Below are positions 60,270-64,000 of a stretch of DNA of 64,000 nt, piece by piece. A model generated the notes under the pieces. The model was not told where the DNA came from, searched no databases, and worked only from the letters and a program-made list of their open reading frames with translations. This DNA comes from an uncultured Gemmatimonadaceae bacterium (lineage in GTDB: Bacteria > Gemmatimonadota > Gemmatimonadetes > Gemmatimonadales > Gemmatimonadaceae): NCBI GenBank assembly GCA_963843845.1, contig CAWJMB010000002.1, forward strand, positions 2,528,001 through 2,592,000, written 5' to 3'. Position 1 is the first letter of the stretch. Each line of letters opens with the position of its first letter. The position numbers were made by a program, and so were the translations under genes.

Positions 60270-61035
60270 CTACAACTCCCAGCCGGCCGCCGCGTCGCCC
60301 ACGGCGACGCGCTCGCGGACCTGCGACCGGTCCTCGAACAGCTTCACGAGCACCACACCGGCGACGAATCCGCCGACGTGCGCCCACACCGCCACGCCGC
60401 CCGAGACCTCGCGCCGGAGCGACATGAGTTGCGGCAGCCCGGCGAGCAGTTGCTCGCCGAACCAGAAGACCAGCACGAACCACGCGGGAACGTGGAACAG
60501 GAAGATCGGCGGGAAGTACGTCCGCACGCGCACGCGCGGATAGAGCACGAGGTAGCCGCCGAGCACACCGGAGATCGCGCCCGAGGCGCCGACCGTCGGG
60601 ACCGGCGAGCCGCCGTTCAGCAGCACGTGCGTGGCCGCCGCCGCGAGCCCGCAGAGCAGGTAGAAGGCGAGGAAGCGGCACGCGCCCATGCTGTCCTCGA
60701 CGTTGTTGCCGAACACCCAGAGGTAGAGCGAGTTGCCGAGCAGGTGCCCCCAGCCGCCGTGCAGAAACATCGACGTCAGCGGCGTGAGCGGGTTGATCGG
60801 CTCGTTGTCGATGACGCACGCCAGGTCCTGGCCGATCGGAATCGCCGAACCCCACCGGCGCCGGTGCGTCAGCTCGCCGGGCACCATCCCGTAGTTGCAC
60901 ACGCTCGCCGCGAGCCTGCTGCGGGTTCGCCCCCGCGCCCTGCACGAGCACCCACATCCCGACGAGCGCGGCGAGCAGCACGTAGGTCATCACCGGCGTG
61001 CGGAGCGTCGGATTGTCGTCGCTGATCGGGATCAT
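60270..61035 (-). CDS. Rhomboid-family intramembrane serine protease (frameshift near 60920)
   Basis: MIPISDDNP, SMFLHGGWGHLLGN, FGNNVED, GASGA, VAVWAHVGGF. Confidence 0.9.
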
Positions 61036-61210
61036 GTCACGAGTTCGGGTAGGCAGGGCGCAGCTGCACGGGTGCGCCGAGCTGCCACGACGTCGGCCGC
61101 TCTCACGGATCGCGCATGCACTGCCGGAGTGGCAGCAAAATCAGGCGCCCTACCGCTTGCCTTTGCTACGCGGCCAGTCGAAACGACTCGGCGCTCTACT
61201 CATCACATAG

Positions 61211-63169
<1,959 letters not shown>

Positions 63170-63195
63170 GCCGGTGCACTGACGGTCGAGTAGAT

Positions 63196-63229
63196 TCGAG
63201 GCGTCGGGGCGTTGCTCCGGCGGCCTCGA
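63196..63229 (+). terminator. Hairpin after dnaK
   Basis: tcgaggc gtcggggc / gctccggc g gcctcga imperfect stem. Confidence 0.4.
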
Positions 63230-63263
63230 GCGTCGTTCGCACCGGGCCATCGGAATCCTGACC

Positions 63264-64000
63264 ATGTCCGCGAGCATCCCACTCGTGTGCGCGTCGGCGC
63301 GGCCATCGTCGCCGCGTTCGTCGGCGGGCTGTTCGTCGCCTCGGCGATCGACTTCACGCGCTCGAGCTACGCGCAGACGGGCACGCGCGTCGCGTCGCGG
63401 GCCGCTGCCGGAGGGCGACGTCCGCAACGGCTTCGCGTGCGATCGCCGAGCGCGTGACGCCGGCCGTCGTGTCGATCCAGACGGAGCGCGACCCGCGCGG
63501 CACCGCGCGCAGTCGCGCGGACGCGGGCGCCCCGGGTTCGAGGATTTGTTCCGTCAGTTCGATCCCGAGCGCGGCGAGCCGGTGCAGGCGGACGGCTCCG
63601 GCTTCGTCGTCTCGAAGGACGGCTACATCCTCACGAACAACCACGTCGTCGGCGACGCCGATCGGGTGACGGTCGACGCTCACCGACCACCGCGTGTTCA
63701 CCGCGCGCGTCGTCGGCGGCGACGCGACGACCGACGTCGCCGTCATCAAGATCGAGGGGCGCGACTTCCCCGTCGCGGCGCTCGGCGAGGACACACTGAC
63801 CCGGGTCGGCGACTGGGTCGTCGCGATCGGCAATCCGTTCGGCCTCGACTTCACCGTCACGGCGGGAATCGTGAGCGCGAAGGGGCGGAGTGCGAACGAT
63901 CTCCCCGGCCTGAACGGCAGCACGTACGCGATCTCCGACTTCATCCAGACCGACGCCGCGATCAACCCGGGAAACTCGGGGGGGCCGCTCGTGAACGCAC
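63264..64000 (+). CDS. HtrA/DegP-family serine protease (partial, frameshifted)
   Basis: [57 protein letters not shown]; runs off the window end. Confidence 0.9.
   Translation, partial: MSASIPLVCASARPSSPRSSAGCSSPRRSTSRARATRRRARASRRGPLPEGDVRNGFACDRRARDAGRRVDPDGARPARHRAQSRGRGRPGFEDLFRQFDPERGEPVQADGSGFVVSKDGYILTNNHVVGDADRVTVDAHRPPRVHRARRRRRRDDRRRRHQDRGARLPRRGARRGHTDPGRRLGRRDRQSVRPRLHRHGGNREREGAECERSPRPERQHVRDLRLHPDRRRDQPGKLGGAARER

Noticed and set aside
61140..61170. Sigma-54 promoter or CIRCE upstream of dnaK
   Set aside because: The GG-N10-GC spacing and the CIRCE consensus are not met.

Overview
Very GC-rich bacterial chromosomal segment, most likely Gemmatimonadota (inferred from protein style and gene context, not confirmed by search). 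In order it contains: a stress-type block (Zn-dependent dehydrogenase, a divergent metallophosphoesterase/nucleotidyltransferase pair, a Cys-less PfpI/DJ-1 protein, a small protein); holB-moaC and two convergent lytic transglycosylases; a PAS-GGDEF cyclase; tRNA-Lys(UUU); a ~16 kb glycogen/trehalose cluster (glgE-treS-mak-glgX-glgB-malQ-treY, glgP); an OmpA-family lipoprotein, an SDR and a large repeat-rich S8 protease; ffh-rpsP-rimM-trmD-rplS-rnhB; lon; a trmH-pilD-(single-NBD Clp ATPase)-lipoprotein-DUF445 string; a purine salvage operon; a phosphate/polyphosphate cluster (udk, phoB/phoR-like, FN3 lipoprotein, ppx, ppk1, pit, DUF47); rhomboid, dnaK and a partial htrA. Many conserved genes, including dnaK and ffh, carry single-base indels that look like unpolished long-read errors, so their boundaries are approximate. 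No mobile elements or CRISPR arrays were seen. The most unusual signals are a highly iterated GCCTAAC(G) motif that accounts for nearly all TTA codons found, the NTase/phosphoesterase pair, an NBD1-only Clp ATPase in frame with prepilin peptidase, and a ~240 bp inverted-repeat-bounded element between ppx and ppk1.
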